A DNA stretch of 32,000 bases from Promethearchaeum syntrophicum (GTDB lineage Archaea > Asgardarchaeota > Lokiarchaeia > Sigyniarchaeales > Promethearchaeaceae), in assembly GCF_008000775.2 (NCBI RefSeq), contig NZ_CP042905.2:1830001-1862000 (forward strand). The letters run 5' to 3'. This document shows positions 1 through 9,325 of this stretch, one piece after another; position 1 is the stretch's first letter, and each line of letters opens with the position of its first letter. Position numbers and translations under genes: made by a program. Under the pieces are notes generated by a model. It did not search any database and was not told where the DNA came from. It saw only the letters and a list, made by a program, of their open reading frames with translations.

Positions 1-978
1 GTCTTAAGAGCGGGAGATAGGGCTGCAAAGCTGACAAAGGACGTACTCACTTTCAGTAGAAAACAAGTTTTCCAATCGCAAATCGTGAACCTTAATAAAT
101 TACTTAAAAATAATAAGGATATGTTAGCGAGGGTGTTGGGGGAAAATATTTCTTTTAATTTAAAACTGGATCAGGAGAATAAAAGCATTGAAATTGATCC
201 AAACCAGATGTCATTGGTTATCTTGAATATGGCAATTAATTCACGTGATGCAATGCCAAATGGGGGAGATTTTACAATAGAAACTTCTAGAACTTATTTA
301 TCAAAAGGATTAAAAGGTTTTAACTTAAAACCAGGAAATTATATTAAGATTTCATTACGGGACACGGGCATTGGAATGGATGAAACTCACAAGCAGCATT
401 TGTTTGAACCATTCTTTACAACTAAAGAAAAAGGGAAAGGAACAGGGTTAGGATTATCGATTGCGTTTGGAATCATAAAACAATACCATGGGGAAATAAA
501 AGTAGAATCAAAATTAGGAACGGGAACTGTTTTTCATATTTATCTTCCAGAGATTGATGTGATCGATCCTCAAGATGATGAGATTATACTAAAAAAACAA
601 GAAACTCTGAATGGGAAAGAAACTATTTTACTTGTGGAAGATGAAGAAATGGTTAGGAAATTTGCGTTTAGAGTATTAAATTCTCATGGTTATAATTGTT
701 TGGAAGCTAAAAGTCCAAAAGAAGCCATTAAAATTTCACAAGAATATCATGAGAAAATTGATTTATTATTGAGTGATGTAATAATGCCAGATTTTTCTGG
801 GCTTGAACTTAAGAAGAAAATTGAAAAGAGACATCCCGATATGATAATATTGTTTATTTCAGGTTATGATGCAAACATAATAAGCAATAATGGAGAATTA
901 GAAGTGGGTATTAATCTACTTAAAAAACCGTTTTCATCAATTGAATTATTAGAGAGAATTCATTTATTACTAAATTAA
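1..978 (+). CDS. Hybrid sensor histidine kinase, C-terminal part (HATPase catalytic domain plus receiver domain); 5' end lies outside the window
   Basis: Frame 1 is open from nt 1 (VLRAGDRAAKLTKDVLTFSRKQVFQSQIVNLNKLL, a typical HisKA-to-ATPase junction), so the GTG at 85 is not the true start. N-box-like NMAINSRDAMPNGG, G1 DTGIGMD and G2 GKGTGLGLSIAFGI are present. A REC domain follows (ILLVEDEE...DLLLSDVIMPDFSG...LKKPF). Confidence 0.85.
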   Translation, partial: VLRAGDRAAKLTKDVLTFSRKQVFQSQIVNLNKLLKNNKDMLARVLGENISFNLKLDQENKSIEIDPNQMSLVILNMAINSRDAMPNGGDFTIETSRTYLSKGLKGFNLKPGNYIKISLRDTGIGMDETHKQHLFEPFFTTKEKGKGTGLGLSIAFGIIKQYHGEIKVESKLGTGTVFHIYLPEIDVIDPQDDEIILKKQETLNGKETILLVEDEEMVRKFAFRVLNSHGYNCLEAKSPKEAIKISQEYHEKIDLLLSDVIMPDFSGLELKKKIEKRHPDMIILFISGYDANIISNNGELEVGINLLKKPFSSIELLERIHLLLN

Positions 979-1057
979 CCTAGTAATAAATTAAATTTCA
1001 ATTTCTTTTTAAATTCCTTTTTCTTAAATAAATTATAAGAATTTTGGTGAGATTTTA

Positions 1058-1306
1058 ATGTCTAATGATGCAAGTAAACAAGCGATTGAATTTTTTGTTA
1101 AACGCGGGGATTTAGCAAATACTACAGCAGATCATCATGTGCGTGATAATGAATTTGCAAAGGGAGTAAAATTATATCATCAAGCATATAGTTTTTATAA
1201 GAAAGCACTTCAAAGTATGCCAGATGATGAAGAATTGAAGCAGAAATTGGAAAATGTTCGGGAAAAATACCAGAATGCAAAGGAAAAAGATAAACTTAAA
1301 GGATAG
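1058..1306 (+). CDS. Small helical protein, MIT-domain-like (tentative)
   Basis: 82 aa. By eye it aligns to the Vps4 MIT three-helix pattern (QAIEFF..., FAKGVKLYHQAYSFYKKAL, ELKQKLENVREKYQNAKEK). No profile search was possible. Confidence 0.4.
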   Translation: MSNDASKQAIEFFVKRGDLANTTADHHVRDNEFAKGVKLYHQAYSFYKKALQSMPDDEELKQKLENVREKYQNAKEKDKLKG

Positions 1307-1331
1307 CTGTATCAATGATATTTTTTTTATT

Positions 1332-1715
1332 TTAGAAAAATTGTTCCTCTAATTGGTTTTTAAAATAAGTGAAGAAAGTTAAATCTCCCTCCCATTTCTC
1401 GATTATAATCGAGAATTCTTCGAGAAACATGTCTCTAATTTTTTGCAGTTGCTTTCTAATTGCACTATCTTTTTCTTTGGTTTTTGAACGACCGATAACA
1501 AAAAATGGAATTGGCTTCTTGACTGGGATTATCATGATTTTTGAATTTCTCATTTTTATAGCGTCGATAGAGTCTTCTGCCAAGTTTTGAACAGCCGACA
1601 TGAATCCTGAAAAGATCATTGGGTTTATACCTTCACCAATATCCTTAGATTTAGCCGATAGGTAAGGTAAACCGTTTTTATTAATGATCCATAGTTCTTC
1701 TAGTTTTAACGCCAT
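1332..1715 (-). CDS. Longin/roadblock(LC7)-like small regulatory-fold protein (tentative)
   Basis: 127 aa. The N-terminus ELWIINKNGLPYLS, followed by FSGFMSAVQNLAEDS and a beta-hairpin-like KIMIIPVKKPIPFFVIG, fits an alpha/beta longin/roadblock-type pattern. It shares this pattern with ORF 2421-2978. Confidence 0.45.
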   Translation of the reverse strand: MALKLEELWIINKNGLPYLSAKSKDIGEGINPMIFSGFMSAVQNLAEDSIDAIKMRNSKIMIIPVKKPIPFFVIGRSKTKEKDSAIRKQLQKIRDMFLEEFSIIIEKWEGDLTFFTYFKNQLEEQFF

Positions 1716-1774
1716 ATAGTGCCCCGTTTTTTAATTATTAAAAAATTTTGTACCAAATTGGCTAAAAAAGTGTG

Positions 1775-2239
1775 CTAATTCGAATCTATATCAATATCTA
1801 TAATCTTAACTTCTCTCACACGTTGTACGTGTAAAAACTCATCTCTAACTTTTTCAATTGAGATATTTTTTTCACGCAGTGTGGCTGCATCAATATAAGT
1901 TTCATAAAAGCAGTTTATAGCTTCAAAACATAATCCTGTTGTGTGAATTGTCCCAATATCTAAATTGAATTTCTTGAGTACATCAGAAATTCCTTTAACT
2001 AAGTCTGGGGAAAATTCTTTTAACCGAATTAAAATCTTTTTTACATCACTATTTTGGCAAGGAAATATACTAAGCTTGATGAGATCGTCAGCAGGTATAA
2101 ATATGAAAAGGTAAAACGGAGTATTTTTTATTTTTTCTCGAACTGAATTTGGAATGAATGTATTTTCATCAAAATCTTTTTTTTGCATTAATTTACCATA
2201 GGAAATTTGTTTCTTTTCTTCTTGTTCGTCTTGTTCCAT
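1775..2239 (-). CDS. Hypothetical protein, possible ACT-like domain
   Basis: Intact 154-aa ORF in AT-rich DNA. The segment FSPDLVKGISDVLKKFNLDIGTIHTTG resembles an ACT beta-alpha-beta ligand-binding loop. The functional assignment is weak. Confidence 0.3.
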   Translation of the reverse strand: MEQDEQEEKKQISYGKLMQKKDFDENTFIPNSVREKIKNTPFYLFIFIPADDLIKLSIFPCQNSDVKKILIRLKEFSPDLVKGISDVLKKFNLDIGTIHTTGLCFEAINCFYETYIDAATLREKNISIEKVRDEFLHVQRVREVKIIDIDIDSN

Positions 2240-2420
2240 TCAAAAAGCCACCTAATATCTTATTAATGTATGAGGCTAAAAAGTTTTCTTAAAAATAATT
2301 TGGCACTGCTTATTAGATATCTTCTATTGAATTTCAAACTACAACTGGAATATTCGAATGATATCTGGATCTTGATCTGGATAGTAGTACTGTTGAATAA
2401 TTTAAGAAAAGGGGATTAAG

Positions 2421-2978
2421 GTGAGGAAAGCCATTTTGAGAGAAATTTTAACAAAAAATTCAATTCCATTCCATTCAATTTATTTAATTGACGGAGAAAC
2501 TGGTGTAGAATATGTATCAAAAAATTATTCTGAGAATAGTTATGATGTTAATGTGATTACTGGAATGTTTAAGGCATTAGAGACTTTCATTAATCATTTA
2601 GCATATAGTGACAAATATGAACACCTTCAAGAAGTCAACTTTAACGAATTAAGAATTGTTTATGAGCGTTATAATCCTGCTTTTGGGAAGAAATCTCTTT
2701 TATGCGTAGGTATTTCCAAAAAAGATGAAGATCCCAAGATTGAACATGCTTTCTTACAGAAAATTGTTATAGATTTTTACAATGTATATGAACAGGTTAT
2801 TCAGCATTTCCAAGGTGATGTAATGCCATTTCAGTGTTTTTTTAATAGACTGGAGGAATATCAATATAATTGGAATTCCGATCAAAAAAATCCCTCTTTC
2901 CAAGGATATAGTTCCCCTCAAATTGTGAAAACTCAGTCTTTCCCCGAGTTTCGTGGATTTCAACGTATTTCGGATTAA
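2421..2978 (+). CDS. Longin/roadblock-like domain protein with a C-terminal extension (tentative)
   Basis: 185 aa with a GTG start. SIYLIDGETGVEYVSKNY ... ITGMFKALETFINHLA parallels the WIINKNG...FSGFMSAVQNLA pattern of ORF 1332-1715. Confidence 0.4.
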   Translation: MRKAILREILTKNSIPFHSIYLIDGETGVEYVSKNYSENSYDVNVITGMFKALETFINHLAYSDKYEHLQEVNFNELRIVYERYNPAFGKKSLLCVGISKKDEDPKIEHAFLQKIVIDFYNVYEQVIQHFQGDVMPFQCFFNRLEEYQYNWNSDQKNPSFQGYSSPQIVKTQSFPEFRGFQRISD

Positions 2979-3029
2979 ATATTATTGTATCTTACTTTTT
3001 TTACTGGAATAGATCTTCGAAATTATTAC

Positions 3030-3782
3030 TTAGGAAGGGAATAATTGTGAATATAAATCTCTATTTTTATTATCGGTGGCTAAAGATATTGCAGTAAGGG
3101 TGATGTCGAGCAAATCTTGAGCATCCATTAGAATTTGATTAAATTCGCTAGATTTTTCGCTGAGTTTAAATTCATGAGCATAATACGATACTTTTTTATT
3201 TAATTCTTTTTTCGAATCTTCAATTGCTTTAAGATCATTTTGTTGTAACCCCAAATTTTTAATCCAATTTTCAATTTTTAACTTGATTTGCTTCACAATG
3301 TTATCATCCTTATCTTCAATATTCTCCTTTTTTGTTTCATAATTGTTTGTATAATTACTTTGTGAAAAGATTGGTTTTACAATGGTACAAAGATTTATAA
3401 TTAAGGCAGAAGGTGCTAATCCAAGTAATGATCGCGATAGAGTTGCGATTATTTTTTTCTTATCAGTAAGTTGGGAATTTATAATGTAAATTTCAATAAT
3501 TCGTAGAAGTATATCAATCAGGAGAATATCGTTCAACTCCTCAAGATTTTTTGCTCTGTTTAAACTTTCAAGTAATGTTTGGTAAATTATTTCACGTAAG
3601 GGAATAACATCCCTAAAGGATGCAAAATAGAGAATAAAATCTAAAACAATGCGAGCCGCTTTTACTCTTTCTTCTATACTCGCAAAATTTTTCTCTAAAT
3701 ATTTAGATATTGAAGAATTTGCTGATTCTACTTCAAGAAATTCACCGATTTGGCTTAAAATTCCATAATATTTTTCTGACAT
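3030..3782 (-). CDS. Hypothetical all-helical protein
   Basis: Uninterrupted 250-aa ORF in stop-rich AT-rich sequence. No recognisable motif. Confidence 0.5.
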   Translation of the reverse strand: MSEKYYGILSQIGEFLEVESANSSISKYLEKNFASIEERVKAARIVLDFILYFASFRDVIPLREIIYQTLLESLNRAKNLEELNDILLIDILLRIIEIYIINSQLTDKKKIIATLSRSLLGLAPSALIINLCTIVKPIFSQSNYTNNYETKKENIEDKDDNIVKQIKLKIENWIKNLGLQQNDLKAIEDSKKELNKKVSYYAHEFKLSEKSSEFNQILMDAQDLLDITLTAISLATDNKNRDLYSQLFPS

Positions 3783-4218
3783 TGGATTTGAAACCCCTAA
3801 AGATCAAGAATATCTACACAACTAAATAATATATAAGTTTCTATTAATGTAATATTTTTATAATGCTACGAACATCATTTGTAGCTATTCTAACTCTCCA
3901 AGAAAAAGATATAATTAACCGGGAAAAATTAAATGAAAATTTTCCTTTATCTTTTCTTTATTTTTATTACTTTTTGTAAATGTTTGATCTTTTTTTCAGT
4001 TTTACCTTTATTTCTATGCGTTTAAGGCAATCTAATTTAGGAACAAATGGAAATTTTGTGATTACATTACCTTTATTATTCAAATAATAATTTTTTGAGA
4101 TTTTTTTCTTTCAATTTGAATATTTGAAGTTAAATTCCCCTTTTTTTTGTTTCATTCTATTGATAAATTTTTTGAAACATCAAATCTACTAAATATATGC
4201 ACATATGGAGAAAAAAAA

Positions 4219-5325
4219 ATGTCAAAAGTAATGCATTTCAGTCGGGAATTTAAACCCACTAATACTATTGTTAAGATAAATAATGTGAAAATCGGAGGTA
4301 AGTTTTTTGCGATTATTGCGGGACCATGTGTTATTGAAAGCCCAGAGCAGTATATAGAAACTGCTAAGATTGTTAAAGAAGCAGGAGCAAATATTATTCG
4401 CGGATCTGTATTCAAACCTCGCACTTCACCTTATTCCTTTCAAGGATTAGGGCGTGAAGGATTAAAACTTATCAAAGAATTGGGAGAAGATTTGAAAATT
4501 GCAACAATTACTGAGGTGATGGATCCTCGAGATATTAAAATAACCGCGAATCACGTAGATATAATTCAAATTGGAGCTCGAAATATGCAAAATTATGATC
4601 TCTTAAAAGAGGCTTCTAAATCAGATGTGCCAATTTTACTTAAAAGAGGAATGTCGGCTACGATTGATGAATGGCTATATTCTGCAGAGTATTTAATGGT
4701 CGAAGGCAATGAAAATATTATCCTATGTGAAAGGGGAATTCGTACATTTTCAACTACAACTCGAAATACATTGGATTTATCTGTAATTCCCTTACTAAAA
4801 ATGCGCACACACTTACCAATTATTGTTGATCCAAGCCATGCTACTGGAAATCGTGATTTAATTGCACCAGTTAGTAAAGCAGCCATCGCTTCCAACGCTG
4901 ACGGAATTATGATTGAAGTTCATTATAATCCAGATATTGCAAAGTGCGATGGGGCACAATCGCTTCCTCCAGAAATGTTTATTGAGTTAATTGAACAAAT
5001 TAAACCGATTTTAGAGATTGAGAAAAAAGTGGTAACGGGAACATCAATGAATTTAGAGGAAGTTAGGAGGCGAATTAACTATGTTGATGAAGATATTATT
5101 GATTTAATTGCCAATCGTTTACACCTTGTTCCTGCTTTAATAGAATTTAAAAGTAAAAATTCTATCCCAGTATATCAACCTGAAAGAGAACAACAGTTAC
5201 GTGAGAAATATGAACATTTAGCTAAGAAATACAATATCAGTCCTGAATTAATCCAAAAAATCTTCAATTTAATAATCGCAGAAATGCGTTCATTACAAAA
5301 ACAAAAGATGAACTCAGATGATTAG
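4219..5325 (+). CDS. Bifunctional 3-deoxy-7-phosphoheptulonate (DAHP) synthase, class I-beta, with a C-terminal AroQ-type chorismate mutase
   Basis: DAHP synthase motifs IIAGPCVIES, KPRTSPYSFQGLG, IQIGARNMQNYDLL and DPSHATG. The C-terminal ~90 aa (RRRINYVDEDIIDLIANRL...YQPEREQQL...IFNLIIAEMRSLQ) match the AroQ chorismate mutase pattern. The ATG at 4219 follows GGAG at 4207-4210, so it is preferred over the TTG at 4147. Confidence 0.9.
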   Translation: MSKVMHFSREFKPTNTIVKINNVKIGGKFFAIIAGPCVIESPEQYIETAKIVKEAGANIIRGSVFKPRTSPYSFQGLGREGLKLIKELGEDLKIATITEVMDPRDIKITANHVDIIQIGARNMQNYDLLKEASKSDVPILLKRGMSATIDEWLYSAEYLMVEGNENIILCERGIRTFSTTTRNTLDLSVIPLLKMRTHLPIIVDPSHATGNRDLIAPVSKAAIASNADGIMIEVHYNPDIAKCDGAQSLPPEMFIELIEQIKPILEIEKKVVTGTSMNLEEVRRRINYVDEDIIDLIANRLHLVPALIEFKSKNSIPVYQPEREQQLREKYEHLAKKYNISPELIQKIFNLIIAEMRSLQKQKMNSDD

Positions 5326-5425
5326 ATATGGAAGATAAAAAAACGATGAATTGTGCAGTAAAAGAAATTCATATTTTGAGAAATGATATTGGATTTTGAT
5401 AGATTAAGAAAAAAAGTGAAACAAT

Positions 5426-6529
5426 TTGAAAGATAACCTGATCAAGATAAAATGTCAATCAAATTTACAATCTTATGACATAGTCATTCAAAAAAATTCT
5501 TTCTCCCAAGTTGTCAAAGATCTTTCTCAATTCAGGAAAATAGTTATCATTTGTGATTCTAATGTGAGAAAATATTATGGTGAATCCCTTTTGCAGGCTA
5601 TCACTGCTGAAAAGAAAATATGCGATCTGATTTCCTTTCCTGCTGGTGAATCAAATAAAAATCTTAATACTTTTTTATATCTTCATGAACAGATTGCTCT
5701 CCGTCTTGATCGAAATTCATGTATCATTACTCTTGGGGGGGGTGTTACTGGAGATATGGGAGGATTTGTGGCTTCAACATATATGCGGGGAATTTCGTTT
5801 ATTCACATTCCAACTTCCCTTCTTGCCATGGTGGACAGCTCAGTGGGTGGAAAGTTGGGTGTGAATACTTCTATTGGTAAGAATGTTGTGGGTGTTTTCA
5901 ATAATCCAAAAAAAGTTATTATTGATCCTTCTCTTTTAAACACTCTCCCGACAAAATTCATAATTGACGGAATGGCTGAAGTAATAAAACATGCGTTTTT
6001 ATCAGGAGAAGAATTCGTTTCATTCTTGGAAACGAATACTGAAGGAATTTTTGACCTTAATCTCACCTTGTTAACTCAAATTATATCGCATTCTTTACAT
6101 TTTAAGGTGAAGATTGTTGAACAAGATGAACGAGATTTAGAAATCCGTAATATTTTGAATTATGGGCATACAATTGGCCATGCTCTTGAAGAAACTCTTG
6201 GATATCAGAATATTTCTCATGGGAATGCCGTAGCAATCGGAATGAATGCGGTGAATTATTTATCATTGAAGGAGGGATTTTTATCAACTATGACTTTTGA
6301 TCGCATGCAACAATTGATACGACAATATAAACTACCTACCTTCCTTTCTGATTTAGGTTTACAAGGAGATCCAGAAAAAATCTTACAGTTTTTGAACAAT
6401 GATAAGAAAAATCAAGATGATCAAATCGTAATGGTCTTATTACAAGAAATTGGAAAACCAATAATATCAAGAACACAGACTATTATCCAAATGAAAGAAG
6501 CAATAAATTATATTTTAAAAAGCAATTAA
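5426..6529 (+). CDS. aroB: 3-dehydroquinate synthase
   Basis: LGGGVTGDMGGFVASTYMRGISFIHIPTSLLAMVDSSVGGKLGVN and NYGHTIGHALE are classical AroB motifs. TTG start. It lies directly downstream of the DAHP synthase gene. Confidence 0.9.
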   Translation: MKDNLIKIKCQSNLQSYDIVIQKNSFSQVVKDLSQFRKIVIICDSNVRKYYGESLLQAITAEKKICDLISFPAGESNKNLNTFLYLHEQIALRLDRNSCIITLGGGVTGDMGGFVASTYMRGISFIHIPTSLLAMVDSSVGGKLGVNTSIGKNVVGVFNNPKKVIIDPSLLNTLPTKFIIDGMAEVIKHAFLSGEEFVSFLETNTEGIFDLNLTLLTQIISHSLHFKVKIVEQDERDLEIRNILNYGHTIGHALEETLGYQNISHGNAVAIGMNAVNYLSLKEGFLSTMTFDRMQQLIRQYKLPTFLSDLGLQGDPEKILQFLNNDKKNQDDQIVMVLLQEIGKPIISRTQTIIQMKEAINYILKSN

Positions 6530-6592
6530 ACGTCCTGGAAGCATATTTTTCAAGAGGACTTGTGTTCTTTCTTCTACTTTCTAATTTTTTTT

Positions 6593-7846
6593 TTAAATTT
6601 CTTCTGAATTTTTGGAAGATGGTAACCATTTAAAAGCAATCAAAGTTACAACAACAGATATTACAATTGCAACTATTACCGGTATTTTCCAATTTAAAAT
6701 TATTAAAATGGGTATAATTAAAGTGAATCCAAAGGAAAATATGCTTGGAATTGTGCCTATTAATCCCCATATATATTCTGTTTCTTCCGAATTAAATAAT
6801 GAAAAGAAGTAATCCATGCTAATTGGCTTAATGAAATCACGTCCGATAAATAAAATTATTGCTATTGATATAATTATCAGATTTCCGTTAGAAAAAAGAA
6901 TTAACCCCAGAGGTATTATGTCAAAAATTATATCAATTATATAAATATCTTTCTTCTTAGATTTAGGTGCAATAAATGCAAGTGCAATACTAAGAAATGC
7001 GACTATTATATATCCAATACTGAAAGATTGGAAAATATTGATGACATCTAATCCAGTAAAGAATGTTAAAGTAGGGAGAAATACAAATAACGTTCCTATG
7101 AAGGAATTAAGGCACGAAATCACTAAGAATACTATTAAATATTTCCTATTTTTAACATCCTTAAATCTCATCTTATTATGGGATTCATTTTTTTCTTCTT
7201 CGACTTCTTGAGGTTCAAGTTTTGATTTTTTAGGCTTAAAACCAAGAAACAATATTGCTAATAAGAGTAAAATAATACTTGCACTTACTTGGAAAAGGAA
7301 TTCATATAATGGATTAATTTTTTTTAGAAATGTTCCAATTAATGCACCAAGTCCACACCCAAGATACAAGAAAAAATCCCGAATTGCAAATACTTTACTT
7401 AAGTTATCTTGGAGAGAATTAGAATTTTTAGATTTTTTAATCATAAACGGGTTGAGGCTGTTATTTATAAAACGAATTATTACCGGAAAAGTAAAAAGAT
7501 ATAGATAAATGAATCGATCATCAAAAAAAATCAAGATTCCGAATATTGTAAGTGCTATCACTGCTATTCTAGCTACCCAAATATTTCCAATTTTTGTACT
7601 CAATCGAACGATTAAAATTGGTAGAAAGATCAAAGAAATTGTTCCAAACATTTTGAGAGCAGACAAAATTATAAATTCTTCATTTTCCGTAAAAAAGAGA
7701 TCACCTCCTAAACCAATTATCTCATTTAACATGAAAAACAAGCAAAATGTTAGATATAATAATACTAAATCTTTAGAAAATAATTTCGAAAAAACTCTCT
7801 TTCTCTCAGACATTTCTAAATTTTCATTTTTTTTTGTATCGGACAC
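6593..7846 (-). CDS. Polytopic membrane transporter, MFS-like
   Basis: 417 aa with roughly 10-12 hydrophobic segments split by a charged central loop (KPKKSKLEPQEVEEEKNESHNKMRFKDVKNRK), as in 6+6 MFS topology. No substrate can be inferred. Confidence 0.5.
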   Translation of the reverse strand: MSDTKKNENLEMSERKRVFSKLFSKDLVLLYLTFCLFFMLNEIIGLGGDLFFTENEEFIILSALKMFGTISLIFLPILIVRLSTKIGNIWVARIAVIALTIFGILIFFDDRFIYLYLFTFPVIIRFINNSLNPFMIKKSKNSNSLQDNLSKVFAIRDFFLYLGCGLGALIGTFLKKINPLYEFLFQVSASIILLLLAILFLGFKPKKSKLEPQEVEEEKNESHNKMRFKDVKNRKYLIVFLVISCLNSFIGTLFVFLPTLTFFTGLDVINIFQSFSIGYIIVAFLSIALAFIAPKSKKKDIYIIDIIFDIIPLGLILFSNGNLIIISIAIILFIGRDFIKPISMDYFFSLFNSEETEYIWGLIGTIPSIFSFGFTLIIPILIILNWKIPVIVAIVISVVVTLIAFKWLPSSKNSEEI

Positions 7847-7957
7847 AATTATTCCTACTTTTTATAATATTAATAGATAGAAACCGCCAATAATTGATTC
7901 TGGGAGATATGGAAATTAAAAAAAAAAATGAAAATGTAAATTGAATATTCATACTAC

Positions 7958-9268
7958 TTAAGGGGTGTTTCTGTTCATAACTCTTGGATATGCTATGGTG
8001 TCACGAATATGTTCCAAATTACAAATCCATCTCATTACTCTCTCAATACCTAATCCAAAACCTGAATGTTGAACACTTCCAAATCGTCTTAAATCCAAAT
8101 ACCATTCATAATCCGCAATATCAGATCCATCTCTTAGTAAATTTTCTGTAATAATCTTAATATCTTCCTCTCTCTGGCTGGATCCTATTATTTCACCAAA
8201 TCCTTCAGGAGCTAATAAATCATTGCACTCAGCAGTTTTTCCATCTATCGTTTTCATATAAAATGCTTTAATTTCTCTAGGAAAATGGGTGACATGGATT
8301 GGTGATTTTAGATCTTTCGTAAGTGCTCTTTCATGACCTGTTCCAAAATCTTCTCCCCATTCAATTTTTACTCCTTTACTGTTAATAATATCCACAGCTT
8401 CATCATATTTAATTCTTTCAAATGGGGCTTTTATCGCAAGAAGATCTTTTGGATTTCTACCTAAAGCAATGAGAGATTTCTTTTCATCTCGGGCAACTTT
8501 GTGAATCATCGCCGTTACTAACCCATCTTCAAAATCCATGATTCCATTTAGATCAAGAAAAGCAGCTTCTGCTTCTAAATGCCAATATTCTGCCAAATGA
8601 CGAGTTGTTCGTGATTTCTCTGCACGAAAACTTGGAGTCAACGCAAAAACTTTTTTATGGGCAAAAATCAGTGTTTCTAAATATAATTGCGCACTTTGAG
8701 ATAGAAACGCAGGTTTTCCAAAATAATCTAGTTGAAAAAGCGTGCTACCTCCTTCACAAGAACTTCCTGTGATAATTGGAGGCCAAACTTCAAGATATCC
8801 CTCTTTTTTGAAGAAATTTCGTGCTCCTTCCATTAATTTTGCTTTGACCCTCGAAGTTTGAGTCAATTTTTGACTTCGAATCCAAAGATGCCTAATGTCT
8901 AATAAGAATGCATCGCTTTGGTCTTTAGTAATTGGAAAGGTATCGGCTAGATGAATGAGTTCAAAATCTTCTACATGAAGTTCATAACCGTTTGGAGCTC
9001 TGTCATCTTTTTGTAATGTCCCAAACACGATAATTGATGATTCATATTTAATATTGCAGAATTCTTCATACTTTTCTTCCGATAATTCACTTTTTTTTGC
9101 AGTACATTGTAATGTATCTGTACCGTCTCTTAAAACAATAAATGCAATCTTTTTTCCACTTCTTTGCCTGTGAACCCAACCACGAAGTTTAACTTTTTTT
9201 CCAGCAAATTTGGGTTTTATGATCTCATCTATCGAAGAGAACTTTGTTCCAGATTCAATTTTTTTCAC
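7958..9268 (-). CDS. asnS: Asparaginyl-tRNA synthetase (class IIb aaRS)
   Basis: N-terminal OB-fold region, then motif 2 FRAEKSRTTRHLAEYWHLEAEAAF. From memory this resembles E. coli AsnRS [24 protein letters not shown]. Motif 3 is GFGLGIERVMRWI. Archaeal AspRS is the alternative, but the W-x-LE-x-E pattern favours AsnRS. Confidence 0.75.
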   Translation of the reverse strand: MKKIESGTKFSSIDEIIKPKFAGKKVKLRGWVHRQRSGKKIAFIVLRDGTDTLQCTAKKSELSEEKYEEFCNIKYESSIIVFGTLQKDDRAPNGYELHVEDFELIHLADTFPITKDQSDAFLLDIRHLWIRSQKLTQTSRVKAKLMEGARNFFKKEGYLEVWPPIITGSSCEGGSTLFQLDYFGKPAFLSQSAQLYLETLIFAHKKVFALTPSFRAEKSRTTRHLAEYWHLEAEAAFLDLNGIMDFEDGLVTAMIHKVARDEKKSLIALGRNPKDLLAIKAPFERIKYDEAVDIINSKGVKIEWGEDFGTGHERALTKDLKSPIHVTHFPREIKAFYMKTIDGKTAECNDLLAPEGFGEIIGSSQREEDIKIITENLLRDGSDIADYEWYLDLRRFGSVQHSGFGLGIERVMRWICNLEHIRDTIAYPRVMNRNTP

Positions 9269-9325
9269 GTTTAATCATTAATGAAAACCTTTTATCAATA
9301 AAAAATTTTAACACTTTGAATTTTC

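Noticed and set aside
2242-2268. AAAAAGCCACCTAATATCTTATTAATG, considered as a further copy of the CCACACCTCTTTATTA upstream element. AAAAAACCACAAAG at about 20145-20158 was considered likewise.
   Set aside because: Only short, gapped similarity in AT-rich sequence, too degenerate to distinguish from chance without statistics.
4147-4218. TTG-initiated 24-codon N-terminal extension of the DAHP synthase ORF in the supplied track
   Set aside because: The ATG at 4219 is preceded by GGAG, and homologs start near MSKV... The extension (MFHSIDKFFETSNLLNICTYGEKK) lies in promoter-like AT-rich sequence. The TTG at 13595 for the gelsolin-like gene and the TTG at 21310 for the ATP-grasp-GNAT gene were rejected on the same grounds.
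5328-5399. 23-codon ORF (MEDKKTMNCAVKEIHILRNDIGF) between the DAHP synthase-CM gene and aroB, considered as a possible leader peptide
   Set aside because: It has no SD, is not enriched in aromatic codons and has no adjacent terminator/antiterminator structure. It cannot be distinguished from a chance ORF.
4152-6287. Short ORFs overlapping the DAHP synthase and aroB genes: antisense at 4152-4424, 4593-4895, 5803-6066 and 6102-6287, and same-strand alternative frame at 5646-5864
   Set aside because: They lie entirely within confidently assigned genes and have no motifs. They are shadow ORFs.
6612-7880. Plus-strand ORFs 6612-6812 and 7509-7880, antisense to the transporter gene
   Set aside because: They are antisense to a long hydrophobic membrane-protein ORF and have no independent support.
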